A DNA stretch of 39,109 bases from Nemertoderma westbladi (Eukaryota; Animalia; Xenacoelomorpha). The DNA is taken from positions 1 through 39,109 of the forward strand of contig JAUCBJ010006284.1 of the NCBI GenBank assembly GCA_032718475.1, in the 5' to 3' direction. The notes beneath the pieces are model-generated. The model had not been told where the DNA came from, did no database searches, and saw only the letters and a program-made list of their open reading frames with translations. Made by a program: the position numbers and the translations under genes. Each line of letters begins with the position of its first letter. The stretch's first letter is position 1. Positions 10,594 to 23,679 of the stretch are shown piece by piece.

Positions 10594-12749
10594 TTATTTT
10601 ATTTTTATCATCATACACTATGTTACCGCTGGTGAATGAATACCTGCCACTTCAAATAAATATTTTGATTGATTGATTATTTATTTCTTTTTTCCGATAC
10701 TTCATGACAAACAAATTGCACATAAATATAATTAATGTTTAAAGTATGCCGCTGCAGTTGAGCAAATAGCATCTATAACAAATATAACTTTTGCTATAAA
10801 AAGTATAATGGTTTTGGTAGAATTTCTCAAACTTTAATTTTTAATATGTTAAAGCTGACTCTGGTCTGCAGGCCTTAGCAATTTTGATCAGACCTTGGGA
10901 ATGTGCTATTTATTTGCTGTAGGTTTCGCATTTGCAGGTAAATACTTGCTGATAAATTTAATATCCATAAACAGCATAAGTGTGCACTTGTGCAAAGATA
11001 TAATATTTCTGATCTAGATTTGGTTTGAGTGGAGTTGTTGAGAAAGTAATGTTCTTCGATAAAAAAAAGTCTCGGAAAGTAGCACTACTTTTTGTCACTA
11101 ATTTTAATTGACTGAAACTCAATTAAGCTGTCCGATTGTTTTGGGTTTTGCAGGAATTGGCAGCTAAAATGCCATCGAGTGCAAATTTCAATACACGACG
11201 GCAAAACATCTGCATTTCGGTTTTAAATTAAATTAGTGACAAGGAGACAAGGAGTTCTGTCTCGCACGTTTTGTTATCGAATACACTATTTTATCTATAA
11301 TATAAAACCTAGTTTCCGGTACAAATTTTACAAACTTTTACGAATCTTTAGTACAAATTATGTTATAATAATAATGATGAAACATCTAAATATAATGCTT
11401 AATCGAGAAACACTTACCGTATAATCTTTCATAACGTTCTATAGGTATAAATTGCGATATGCTGCGGATCTTACAACAAAAACCATCTGCGATTAGATCA
11501 GATCAAATTTATAAAATTTCAAAGAATTTAATTTACAAAAAAATGCTACTGCGGTCTGGTATCGATCCAGTATATAATAACGATAGAAGGTAGTAGAAAG
11601 ATGTACTTTCTCACTCTGTTTTCTACAAATTTTAGTGAGGATTTTTCAGATAAAAATTTGTTTTCTCATGAAGGACTCTCTGAGAAAAATTGGCCTGTAT
11701 TTTCGGCTGAAGGTTAATTTGCCTTAAGGTTAATCCAGCACTGGGTCTCTCGATTACCGATTGGTGGAGATTGGAAAGACATACTTCTCGGAATATAGCG
11801 AAGCCACCACTGGCTAGCTCATCCGCGGCTGAACGGCGTAGCTCTCGCTGAGACAGTGACTTCACACGAAACTGACTGTCAATGTTGGCTAAGGGAGTTA
11901 GGAAACGCCGAAAACATTCAAAGTTCAGGAATTTACTGAGTTCGTCGAGTTTGGCGAGTTGGGTTCCCAATAACAATGGGTGCGCTCTCAACGTGCGGCT
12001 ACAGACATCCGCGAGCCATCCAGAGAACGCTTGGTTTTCAAATATGAGATATATCGCTAATGAAAGGCGCAAGGGAACGCACAATATTATAGATAGATGT
12101 TTAACTATATTATGTAACTTCCTAAAATATTTGAATGCGTCATGCCATACTGTGTGGGCATGGACATGGGCATGGGCATGATCTACAGTTGTGGTACTCA
12201 TATGCCTTTACGGTATCTGGTCAGACATTGGCCCAAGCTGTTACTCGAGATGGGTTACCAATAATTATCAACATGCAGTTAGGCCTATATTGTACACATT
12301 AACATAATTTCTAATCAATTTTTACTGAAGCTCATCATTTATATGTAATCACATTTAACAGTCAACACAACGTTATGTGACAATTACCTCACATGTTTAA
12401 ATAAAGGATTTCACATGCTGAGGCAACACTTACTAATTAAACTAATTAATATGTTTTAGTGTATTATAACGTAGATATAATGTAAATATATAACGTAATA
12501 AATCGTCATTACAGTAGGAATAAATCACACTATTTAATGAATACGGAATGCGCAGTTGTTTTATAAAATAATTTTAAGGAATTAATTTATTTCATAAATA
12601 TATCATTCAATACCTTATTCTACTGTAAAGTAGTTCATACAGTAATATACGACTAGGCGTAAACTGCTTACTAGTTTAGTTAATAACTCATAGTTTATTA
12701 CACATTGTGTGTACAATTCCATTCAGTATCTGATGAGAACTATTATAAA

Positions 12750-12807
12750 ATGAAGCACTTATTATACGCACTTTTAGGATTACTTTTCTTTGCTTTTGTG
12801 AAATCAG
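12750..12807 (+). CDS. Exon 1 (signal peptide MKHLLYALLGLLFFAFVKS)
   Basis: AAAATG start context, CAG|GTAAGC donor, hydrophobic core. Confidence 0.85.
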
Positions 12808-15800
12808 GTAAGCTAGTTAAATAGTACAAAATAATTACTCTGTACTATATCCAAACTCGGTGAACTTTTAGGCATTATCTCAATTACTTATCCTTCTTGT
12901 TGGATTCATAGGCAATTTTTAAGAGTTGACTATTTTGTGTTATTAACATATGGATCACTGAGACAGGGGGGGGGGGGGGGGGGGGGGGACTGGACGCAAT
13001 ACCCGCCTTGGCGAATTAATATTCCGCCTCAATGTTAAATTCTCAATATAGGAAAAGGAGCAGTTTACAGTGGCACGTTATTTTAACCAAAACAATAAAC
13101 TAAGCACAATAGAACAGGTTACAGTTTTATTTTTGAGAATAATCAGCTGTTGTTTGCGTCGAATTTCCTCTGGAGAGGGATGAATTTTTATTACATCCAG
13201 TTTCCCCCCCCTATCTGGGATCACTGCATTGTGCAATAATAATATAACTATTTTACACACCTGTATACTGTAGTGTCAATAATAATAATCATAGACAAAA
13301 TAATAATTTATTTTTATTATTATCACTATCATTTTTATTGTTATAATTATTTCTAAATTATCTGTGAAATACAAGTATGCAAGACTGTACAGTGGTTTTA
13401 TTACCAAAATGCTAATGAAAAACAGCGTATAAAAATGTTCAAAATTGTTGATATGGAATTTTTCAAATTGTATAATACGGTAATATACGATTATCAAAGT
13501 TGAAAAAGTTTATTAAATTTCATTCACGCTTTCAGAAAGTTGCCCATAGGCTACTGCTACAGTCTGCTAGGGAGTTGTTAGCTAATATTTCAGTATTTTT
13601 ATAAATTAATAATAATTCGGATTATTTATTGTGATGATGCAGCGACAACAGCACAACAAGTTATTTTATAATAACGTTAACGGCAGACTGGTATGGGAAA
13701 AAAATATATTGGATTGATTTCTTTGAATCTCTATTCAAATAGTTGTAAAATCTACATTACGTTTCTTTTGAATGGACCGGGTGGAACGAAATGTTTTGCT
13801 CCTCAACCTTCGGCAGGACCCGGAACTACAAAGGCTAAACAACTTAGTACCTAACCTGACAGATTAGGATACAATTGCAATGTAGGCCTACTATTAAAAT
13901 TGTGTGAGGAAAATGGGTAACCCTTAACTACAGGAAAATAAACCAATATTGGATTATGTTTTGGAGTGTACGCCTTGCAGACAGACACTACTGTAAGGTT
14001 GTAATAACTTTTGAGTGTGTTCATGTATTTTGCTTAAATTGCGTGCAAACCTTTTCTACTTCGACCCTCTTTCAATATTTGTAATAAAATTTAATACATT
14101 ACAACCACAATATTTTATTTTACTTTTTCGCCGGAAAAAAAGTAAAGTCAATGTAATCTTATCGTTACTTTTCCCCTTATTGAAAAAGTTATCCTTTCTC
14201 TCCAAACTCCTTTTTCTCCCGAAATTGGAGTGTACACAAGAGAAAACGTTAAGAACAAAATAGTTATTTGGTTATCTAAAGTCTCCACTCGCACTCTAGA
14301 GATTAGCTTGTAATGATAAATGTATTTTTATCTGGGGCTTCTTTAGACGCCATGTTTTGCCCACACACCACCACGGCCGTGGAGAAAATGATACAGATTT
14401 TGACTTTACCAGTGATTTTAGTATGTTCCAGCAGATATTGTGGTGTCCTCAGATCTCGTTGTAGTGTTTTGAAGGTTTTAATTATTGCTATATGCTATTG
14501 CTATTATATTAATTATTGCTGTTAGCACTTGCGAAAATACCGAACGAATATTTACTTGAACTTACTCCACTAAAATTTACGTGGCATACCTCGCAATTGC
14601 TAAATCGTAATATGATTTGCTGCATTTATTAATACAGGCCACTGATTGGTGGTGAGTTGTGTGTGTGGTCATTTAGTTGTCAGGAAGTCCAGTTCTTAGA
14701 TATTTTCTTATGATATTTAAAACAATATTTAAGTATGTTTTTTAATATTTTTTTTAATACCCTTATATATTTATTTGATATTTATCGCTTTTTCGAATTT
14801 ATGGATTTCTGACTATCCTATTAAAAGGTTTAGTCGTGAAGAGAACTTTAAAATTACGAATAAAAAATTACATACTCCATGGCTCAACTAACAGTTAATA
14901 ATATTAGGCGTACATTTTTAATTTCTTTATGATCCTCACTGGCGTTCCTATTCTAACTGTTGGAATACAAGATTAAAGTAAATGGATATTCCGTAATATT
15001 ATATTTTCCATTAAAATTCCAGAACCTGCTACAGCTGAAAATCTTGGCGATTTACTTAAGAAACTCTTTGGGGGCGCCGAACAGGATGAACAAACAACAA
15101 CGACGCAAGATAATGACGATTTAATCACGTACGTATAAATAATATATATTTTGTTGTAGAAGTATTTGTTAGGATACCCCGGTAAGCTGGTGGAACGTAG
15201 TGGTTGCTTAGTTACTAGGACACATGGATGGATGTGATCCTCCCGGATTGTTATAAAAGGAGAATTTCGAATTTCAGACTAAGTTAAAGTTAGTATTGTT
15301 AATTATAATATTTATCCGCCTGGTCAAATACACTGGTTTGAGGACATAAGTCGCGTGGAGTGTGAGGTTTCGCTATTATACCCAACAGCGTACAACATTG
15401 GAAACAGATCATCATTCATCTTAAGTGTTTTGTAAGTATCCAAAATCTCGTATGAATCGTGAATAGCTGAAATTATTCTGTCTTTACTACTAACATAGTT
15501 AATATAGGCCATTATTATTTATTTAGTGATCTTATTGGTGACTTGGCAGACGCTGGTGGCAGTTTGGAAAATGGAAATAGTGATGACATTAGCAGTGATA
15601 GTGACCAGGATAGTATTGATGATCTCATACAAACCATGGGTGGTGATGGCGATGCAGAATTTGAGATTGTTCAGGTATTTCGAGTGATTCTATTAGAATG
15701 ACAGTGTATGTATATTTTCCAGACTTTCCATACAGGATAAATTTAATCTCCGTTATATAATGATATACAAATACTTTGTTACAATATACAACTCTATAAC

Positions 15801-17011
15801 AAATAAAATAATATTATGCTGAGTGTCTTTTTGCATTGGTGTCATGCAAAATTAGCTACTTATGTTCTGTCTTGTATGTGCTATTTTACATACACTAGTG
15901 TGTAGTATGGCAACCATGTATTCAACGATATAGTGCTGATTTAAACTTCAGAAAACGAAATATACTTTATAATTTTACCATGTGTCTCTCAGGTACACGA
16001 AAACGAAGATGGTACATTGACAGTGGAAACAGAAGAAGCATCCATTGTGAATGGTGCAATTAACATAACTCGCACTAATGATACACTAACAGAAGAGGAA
16101 GTTGAGGAAGAAACTCTAGAAAGCATAATTGAAGATATTTATGACAACTTAAGTGTAAGTTTAAAATAATTTAATTAATCAATAAAACGACCTTAATTAC
16201 AATAAATTAAATGCCTGCCGAGGAAGTCTGAGAATAAATATCATACTAAATCGAGTTTATAGATCAAAGTTTCCTGGTACAATTCTGGATGTTATTATTG
16301 AATTTATTATTATTTGTTATGTTATTATTTAATTACATCTGGTGTATTATTATAACACATATATAGCAATATCACATCGAATGATCCATATTAATTGAAT
16401 GTGATGCACTTTATTTTAAGGGGGGGGGGGGGGGGGGGGGGGGGTGGCACTCCCCGGTTACATCTAGAAGCGGCACTCCGAAAGAAGCATTTGTGGTGCT
16501 CTCACATCTTATCTTTTTAACAATTTTCATTTGTTAAAAATTCTCACTACCCTTAGTTTTTCGTGATGCTAAAACTCATTAGATGGTTCCACTCTTGTAC
16601 TTTTAAGACCTGAATTTCAATCACTCATATTGACACTTGTCCAATGAAAATGACATGGACCTGTCTGTAGATATCTCATTTCAGCTGGTCTGTCGGTTCA
16701 GTGCTTCAGAACCGGTATGTAAATTGCCTAATTTAGAATCATTAGTAATAAATTTTCATTTGTTATAGATAATAAGAGATGAACTTGGTCTTACACTAGA
16801 AGATTTCAGGACAGCATTTATAGAAGCTGATGCAAAAACGAGGAAAAGCTTTACTGATGGAATACATATGGTGCAGTCAATAGCACAGTTATTGGAACAG
16901 TTTGGTGAGGACATCATTGATATTCAGGAACATCCTGCCAAATATGCTGCCAGTAATGAAGATGGGAGCAATTCATCGCAGGACATAAGTGCAAGCGGGT
17001 CTTATCCTTAA
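12750..17011 (+). CDS. Five-exon gene for a 238-aa secreted, highly acidic protein of unknown family; join(12750-12807,15023-15128,15527-15674,15993-16154,16769-17011)
   Basis: All four introns are GT-AG with compatible phases (1,2,0,0), giving 717 nt open to TAA. N-terminus MKHLLYALLGLLFFAFVKSEPATA looks like a signal peptide. Hand count: 56 D/E versus 11 K/R, no Cys or Trp. Confidence 0.88.
12956..13227. mobile_element. Possible small MITE in intron 1
   Basis: Left end CACTGAGACAGGG(G)nACTGGACGCAATA versus the reverse complement of the right end CAGTGATCCCAGATAGGG(G)nAAACTGGATGTAATA: degenerate TIRs, no TSD found. Confidence 0.4.
15023..15128 (+). CDS. Exon 2 (EPATAENLGDLLKKLFGGAEQDEQTTTTQDNDDLI)
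   Basis: TTCCAG acceptor, GTACGT donor, frame continuous with exons 1 and 3. Confidence 0.85.
15527..15674 (+). CDS. Exon 3 (TDLIGDLADAGGSLENGNSDDISSDSDQDSIDDLIQTMGGDGDAEFEIVQ)
   Basis: ATTTAG acceptor, CAG|GTATTT donor, Asp-rich open frame. Confidence 0.88.
15993..16154 (+). CDS. Exon 4 (VHENEDGTLTVETEEASIVNGAINITRTNDTLTEEEVEEETLESIIEDIYDNLS)
   Basis: TCTCTCAG acceptor, GTAAGT donor, 162 nt in phase 0-0. Confidence 0.9.
16769..17011 (+). CDS. Exon 5, terminal (IIRDELGLTLEDFRTAFIEADAKTRKSF...DISASGSYP*)
   Basis: TTTGTTATAG acceptor, 80 codons then TAA; possible ATTAAA poly(A) signal at 17140. Confidence 0.88.
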   Translation: MIRDELGLTLEDFRTAFIEADAKTRKSFTDGIHMVQSIAQLLEQFGEDIIDIQEHPAKYAASNEDGSNSSQDISASGSYP

Positions 17012-20000
17012 TAAGACAATCAAGCCTACAATGTCTAAGTTATTGTAAACAAAGATGTGGTTTATTTACGCATGATGGCAACTTAAACTTAGTACATTTT
17101 TCGAGATAACATCTGACATAAATTTCAAAATTACTTACAATTAAACTATGTGATAAGTGATGATATTTCATGGTAAATGGCCTTAAAGTACATGAATTTA
17201 TTATATATGAATCGTTATATTATTTATTTCATTCTTCGTTCATTTATCCGAATTGTATGTGCACCATACACGTTCGTGGGGCGTCGCGCAGCACGCGAAT
17301 TTTGGCCAAAAATTGGCAAAAAATCAATTTGATCTGGAGTCAAAAGTTCGAGAGGTACTTACTCGTAACTTTAAAAAACAAACTTTTTATCCAGTATGCC
17401 CATACAAAATTTGGTTGAAAAAGGTTAAAATCTTCAAAATTTATTTACGAATGAATTTTTCTTTACAGACAGACAGACAGACGGACATGAAATTTTGCCC
17501 TATCTACACTATGCCCTTGCTGCAGCTGCTGTACACCAGTGCACCAAATCCAAACTTTGCAAAAATTGCAAACTCCAAACTAGGTTGTGTAGATGACTGC
17601 TGTGTACCTGTAAGTTGTACGGAGATTAAATCGGCTGTCTCAGAATCTGAACCCTACAAATTAATTTACAATTTTTACTCCAAAACAAATTTAATTTTTT
17701 ATTCGCATCTAAATTTACTATAAATATAAAGACCCCTCTTGGCGTGCTTCAAATTCAAAATTTTTACTATTTTCGTATTTAAAATATCTACAATTTTTTA
17801 ACTTGTTTGTATGTAGAATTCGTAGGAACCAAATAATATCCAACGAATCTTCGATCCACAATCTTAGTATAAACTAAAATTGCGATCTCAAATTCCTCCA
17901 GCAAAATATATAATTTATTTCGAAATAAAAAAAAAACCCCACCAGGGAAAACTAATTATCTATCGCAAGCAAAGGAAAACGCTGGTCCAGGACTTCAATG
18001 TAATAGCACCTGTTACTATCACCTTTATGATTTACAGTAAGTGTAGATGCGAAATATATATTTATTTATTTTATAAGCCGAAAAATCCTGACTACAGATT
18101 GTTACCGCATTAAAATATAAACCTAAATTTAAAATAAGCCAGAAATGTTTAAGACTCACCAGGATTCCATCCCTCCTTAGAAAAGCGATTTCACAGTTCT
18201 AGAATGAATGATCTGTATTGTAACTACACTCTCGTTCTAGAATAGTCCAAATTATTTAAGTATAATTTTCTTATCTATAGGTTATGCCCAATGGATAAAC
18301 TTAGCACATATTACAAATATCCCGTAGTTTTCTAAATGGACCAATGAAGGATGATACCTAACTAACCCAAAACATTTGCCCCGAAAACATACACAAGCAA
18401 GACCTATTTTTACTCGCGTATCCCCCAAATTTAGTTTAATCTCCGATTGACTTGAGGTATATAATTTATTTACAAACAAGTCAGGTTCAAAACGGGAAAT
18501 ACAACAAAATTTATTCATTCCTTCCCAATTTATTATACTGTTACCTATGAAGCAGTACTATATCTTTAGGACGTAATGAAACCCATTTAGCCCCCCAATA
18601 CCGATCTGTTAGCCCAAAATAAGCCCCATACTTGACTATTTCCAATGTGCGTTGGGGCGCCTCTTCCCTTCGCCAAATTACCCTATAGGCCCCAACATGG
18701 CCGCTGTAAGCTGTAGCGTTTCCAAAACATTAATCCATTAAAAATTAAACCGACTTTCAAATATAATATAATTTAGGACATATCATTACAAGGACAATTT
18801 CTATGATACGCAAATATAAGTTTAATTTATATATCGATAACTTGTTTACTATAGGTATTAAAAAATTTGAAATTTAGTAGCCTTAGCATTTTATACATTT
18901 CATGCTTCTTCGTTTGTTAGGGCTTTCTCTATAGAGGGGCAGTGGCAAGCAAGTTTCATTCATTGCGCCTGCAGCAGTGTAGCACTCGCTTTTCACTAAT
19001 AAGTAAACTATACCGTTAGTTTATGTTGAAAAACACATTAATAAAATTGGTAATGGGTAGATGGGCTACTGCCCGAATTCAGTTTATAAAAGTAAATCAA
19101 ATCTCGAAGGATTAAAATATAGGTGATATTAAATTTCTCATCTAGAAATCTATAAGGAGACCAAGGATGTTATCTTAGTAAAGTAAATTATTTAACAGGC
19201 ATCTTCCATCCATTTATTAATGGGTTGAGGGATTTGCAGCGAATCTGAGCCAAATAACATTAATAAGTTAGTTTGCCTTTAAGCTGTAGGTTGAGTTTGT
19301 GAACATTTTTGCTGTAGGTCCTTTCACCTTTATATATTAGCAAATTTCCAACCTTTGTAAACTGAGTTGAATATAAATAAAATTTACATAGTGCTTTTAT
19401 ACGCTTGGCATATTCACATCTTTATTATTCTTCCCTCAGCTAAGCTAGTTTCCCAATATACCACTAGGTTGGTGAAGGCACAAACGTTTAAAAGTGTTTT
19501 AGATGAGTCACAACAGCGTGAAATTTCAACAGCTTTTGTCGGATTCGAACCTTCACCACCAAACACTAATTTGAAAGCAGTTCATGCGAGGTATCTACTT
19601 CGTTTCTGCGACTCCGACACAATGTTTATCAGTAAATCAGCGAGATAATCACTTATGCGGGCATTCCTAACATGAACCACCTGGTGATGGAAACAGTTAA
19701 GGAATTCAGCAGATATAAGGGGATACCCAACATCCACCTGCACATGCTGTGCTGCATGTGTGTCAGCTTTCCTGAAATAAATTAAAAAAAATAATTTTTT
19801 CTTTATTAAATTTAATTAATTTAATTAATTTCACTATTATTTTATTAAATTTATTAACTATTAATTATTGTGGGTATAAAGAAGTACTTTATCTAACTAC
19901 GGTCTATAGTGTGGAAATTAGCTGTGGAAATCCTTCCCATGTTGCTATATATATATATATATAATAACCTACCTGCATTGTACATTATTAAGATATAGAG

Positions 20001-20704
20001 CTCAATCCGATATTAGGTACGCTACATTTCCTGTTGAAGTTTGCTATTTACAACAGTATTCAATGCATTCAAGGTGCGGCCAAACTGACCATTGCTTTGT
20101 TGTGTGCAGAACTAAATTCAGTCTTCTTTCTAACAAAATTGTGAATAAGTCATCCGCTCAGCATGAATGTCTGTCTTGATGAAACCTGATGTGAAGGAAA
20201 CATTCACTATTGAGGTTTCTGTATGGAAATGTGATATGAGGGCACCGGACGGGATGAGTGGAAACACCAAAATATCTGACCGACCGGTGGTGCTACATAT
20301 AACATGCCAAAAGAGATACTAATACTGGTGGTATCACGCAGACAGGTTCGTGATACCATGGATAACACAGAATATATGACTGTATGTCAGTATGTGCAAT
20401 TGTGCATGTAGGTTACGTGCTACAGTACTGCACAATATACCGAAAGTAAGCCTGTGGTTCAGGGGCGAGCTATGTAGTGAGGCGAGTCTGTGGTATCCCT
20501 ACAGTTTCCAACGAATATGACATTCTAGTCATTGATGAAATGGATAACTGTGAACAGTTCACAGTTTTTTTACACTGTGAGTGATGCAACCAATGACAGT
20601 GCTCCTTTACTTCTAAAGAATTACCTCTCATTATGACGTGTTGTTCTTTACCTCATGGACATGACTGCGATATTCTTCTCACTGTGACCATTGACTGTGA
20701 GTGT

Positions 20705-22503
20705 GGTCACAAATGTCACAGAGCCCTGGTACTACCAGGTGGAATGAATATGTTCATGAGCTTATCTTTCTTTAACTCTTCAAATAACCTTTTGACCTCT
20801 TGATTGACAGATGGGAAACTTTTAATTAGCTATGAACAACAATAAGTATGATTGATGAACAACTTCACATGACCTCTTAACAAAAATTGTAGTGCTTGAA
20901 CAGTACCCTATCTTTAACTTAATTAATATAAATATAATATTATACTGCAAAGGTATCTCATATGTTAGAAAATGTGGAACGATTAAACTATATTGAATCT
21001 AATAAATATAATAATAAAATAAATATACCAATAACACCAAACCTCTGGTTAATATACAGTTAGCAAATTACTCATATCTGTACTAATCCAAAGCAATCCA
21101 AAGCTGTAAAAGTCGCCCTTATTAGAGTTCAATAAACCACTCACTGCACTAATAATATAACCTCCACATATTATCATTGGTTTCCTTTTTTTTTTTTTTT
21201 TTCCTATTATATATGGGCCTTTAGGTGATATTAATACGCAATATCTAGTCAGCCTTAACATTCTATATTGTTTGCTGAGAGCTCAGTCTCTGTCAATGTA
21301 TCCAAATGGACCCTCCTTCCTATTACCACTCACATATATTATAACAATGTATAAATGACCATAATAGCCATTCGGTATAATGACCATTCATTATAATGTT
21401 AGGGTAGTTTGACAAGTCCGCGGAATTTCCTATTAAAATAGACAAACCAAACGACTCATGATTCTACGGAATATTTTACTGATATTAAAGTGTCATTACG
21501 GGATGCACATAATTAGGGTAAAATTGAGAAACTGTAATGTTACAAGGTCTGGATGGATAGGTCGGTGCATTGTATTTGACACAATGAACCCGGGGTAGCC
21601 TTCTCGTGTGCCACGGATCCGTGATACGAAGTAACTGTTAATTCATCCACAGGCTCAAGCACACCATCCTTAGATCTTATTCTCGTTCAAAAAAATGATG
21701 GTCTCAGGATATGCATAGAACATAATCCACCACATTTATGAAGAATAATGGTGCGAGTGTGTCACACTGGAAGAAAACTTAGAATGGATCTCTGTCACCA
21801 TCAGCATTAGTGACACAAATGTCGTCGAACCATCTGATTTCACCGGAATTCCTAGGCGTTGGTAGTGACTTCATAGGTTGAATCTAATCAGATAGTGGTT
21901 ATGCCACGTTGCTTTCCGGACTAATCATTGAACAATCTAGAGGAAGTGGTACTGCGTCAAGAATTTGCAAAACATCGTCAACTCTAATATTGGTGATCAG
22001 CGAGAGCCTAGAAAAAACTGTATTGACAAAGGAATTTTACAGATAGTAGGAGTAAGAGCTGCATGACCACCCTACTAACCGATACAACAATATCAAAATA
22101 TATATTATTTTTGTACCGTTTGTACCATTGGCTCTAATATCCAGTGAAGTTCCCATAATTTCTCAACCATAATGTTAGCCCCACTTCCTCTAAAAGATGT
22201 ACTAGTATGGTCTCCGCCTAGCAGATAAAACAATAATGACCAACCACTGTTCTCGGGGCAAGCAGGGGACTTGTAAGAGCGAGTAGGAGGTCGTCAAAGG
22301 TCACGAAACCTTGCATCACAAGGTAGGAATATATATGTCCTTCCCCCAAGCCCTCATCCCCACCAACAACTCTCCAAATGAGTTTTGATTTCTTGATTGA
22401 CAGATCGGATAATTTTAATTAGTTATTAACAACAAACAATAAGTGTGATTGATTGATAACCTCATATGACCTCTGAAGATTTTGTTGTAGTGCTTGAATA
22501 GTA
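20705..22503. repeat. Two diverged direct copies (~20705-20904 and ~22290-22503) of a ~200-bp interspersed sequence
   Basis: Shared TCTTGATTGACAGAT...TTTAATTAG...CAATAAGTRTGATTGAT...TGACCTCT...TTGTAGTGCTTGAA. Confidence 0.75.
21610..21870 (-). mobile_element. Heavily decayed RTE-clade LINE RT fragment
   Basis: Minus translation VTNADGDRDPF*VFFQCDTLAPLFFINVVDYVL matches the RTE motif DGDTxxFxIxxGVLQGDTLAPFLFIIxLDYVL, followed by DGVLEPVDE. Confidence 0.65.
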
Positions 22504-23679
22504 GTTAGTTGAATAATTTAATTTAATTATCATTCATCCAAAATAAATAATTTACAAGAAGATAATGGTTTTAATGAGGAATGGTTAAACTAACTGGTTT
22601 ATTGATTTTATGCAAGAAACATATGTTTTGTTTCAGAAGTTATATATGGGAATGGAAGCCTTTATACAAATAATAGAGCAATATCATTACAAAAATTTTT
22701 CAAATGTTAAAATGTTTCGATATATTATTATATCGTCCTCAGTGGAGTTACAACTATACATTAAATCTGTAAACGACATTAATTAGTTATGCTGTAGTAA
22801 GACCTAACAAAATGTGCTATAGACTGACAGAAAAGTAAGAAATAGGTAAATGTACTCACGAAAAGTAAAGTACAATATAGGTAATAAAATGTAAATGCAT
22901 AATTCACGGATATGCATTTTTCTACTGCCAAAGTTCTCAAAGCCATGAGTAAATGACCATCTAAATATACCCATTCCCCTAATGGTATTCCCTCGGCTAT
23001 TCTAAAATTATTGTTAATTGAGGTATGAAATAGCAGCCCCACTGGGTCATGTTCACCTATTTCAAATCTCTCTAGATTCAGGCTCTGCTCCAGAAATCTG
23101 CAGACATAATTCCGTTTTCAAAAACAAGGTTCGGCGCTGTGACGCTATATGGCGCTGTGACGTTGTAAATTAAATATCGGCCAATTTCCCTATCTCATCA
23201 GTTTGCCTCCATTCTGAGCGTATATTGGTGTTAGAACTAGTTGATTACTTGGTGGTTAATAACCTATCAATGCGTCAATTGGGATTTTTTACATATAGTC
23301 CATGGGCCAGCCAGAATAGGGGATACTTTTTGGTAACAAATTTATACCAAAATACTTTATAACAAATATTTATGCCAATTTAAAACAATCAAGGTGTGAC
23401 CACAAATCACTTTAAAATGACAAGTGACATCTAAATGGCATTTCAGACAACACTCCTTCACAGGTTACCATGACTACCACTACAGATGCAATTGAAGATG
23501 ACTCAGATATGACACAAACAAATGACTTGACACCTACCACAAAAGAGACGTTAGTTCTTTTAGTATAGTCACTTCAATTTATATATTTATCATAATTGTT
23601 CCTAGATGATTTCTGCAAAGATGATTCCTTCGATAATGACCTTTTTGAATATTAAATCCTCTTTATTTAATCCTACTTG

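Noticed and set aside
11632-12201. 189-aa minus-strand ORF with a HAHAHVHAH start
   Set aside because: No recognisable domain or splice support; the His run comes from a short CATGGG repeat. It could be a TE relic but cannot be supported.
12730-12760. CTGATGA upstream of exon 1 as a hammerhead core
   Set aside because: No stem II or GAAA box follows.
13774-13842. HDV-like ribozyme fold (CCGGGT/ACCCGG, TGC/GCA, TGTTT/AAACA, GCTAA)
   Set aside because: L3 is too long, the P1.1 GG is misplaced and there is no G-U pair at the cleavage site.
19541-19551. Pol III B-box GGTTCGAATCC on the minus strand (tRNA or SINE)
   Set aside because: No cloverleaf or convincing A-box; at most an old SINE trace.
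19680-20800. Decayed spliced gene or pogo-like transposase (IFIPPGST..LTVNG) on the minus strand
   Set aside because: Stops in all frames, and the motif is not kept in the second copy at ~22300.
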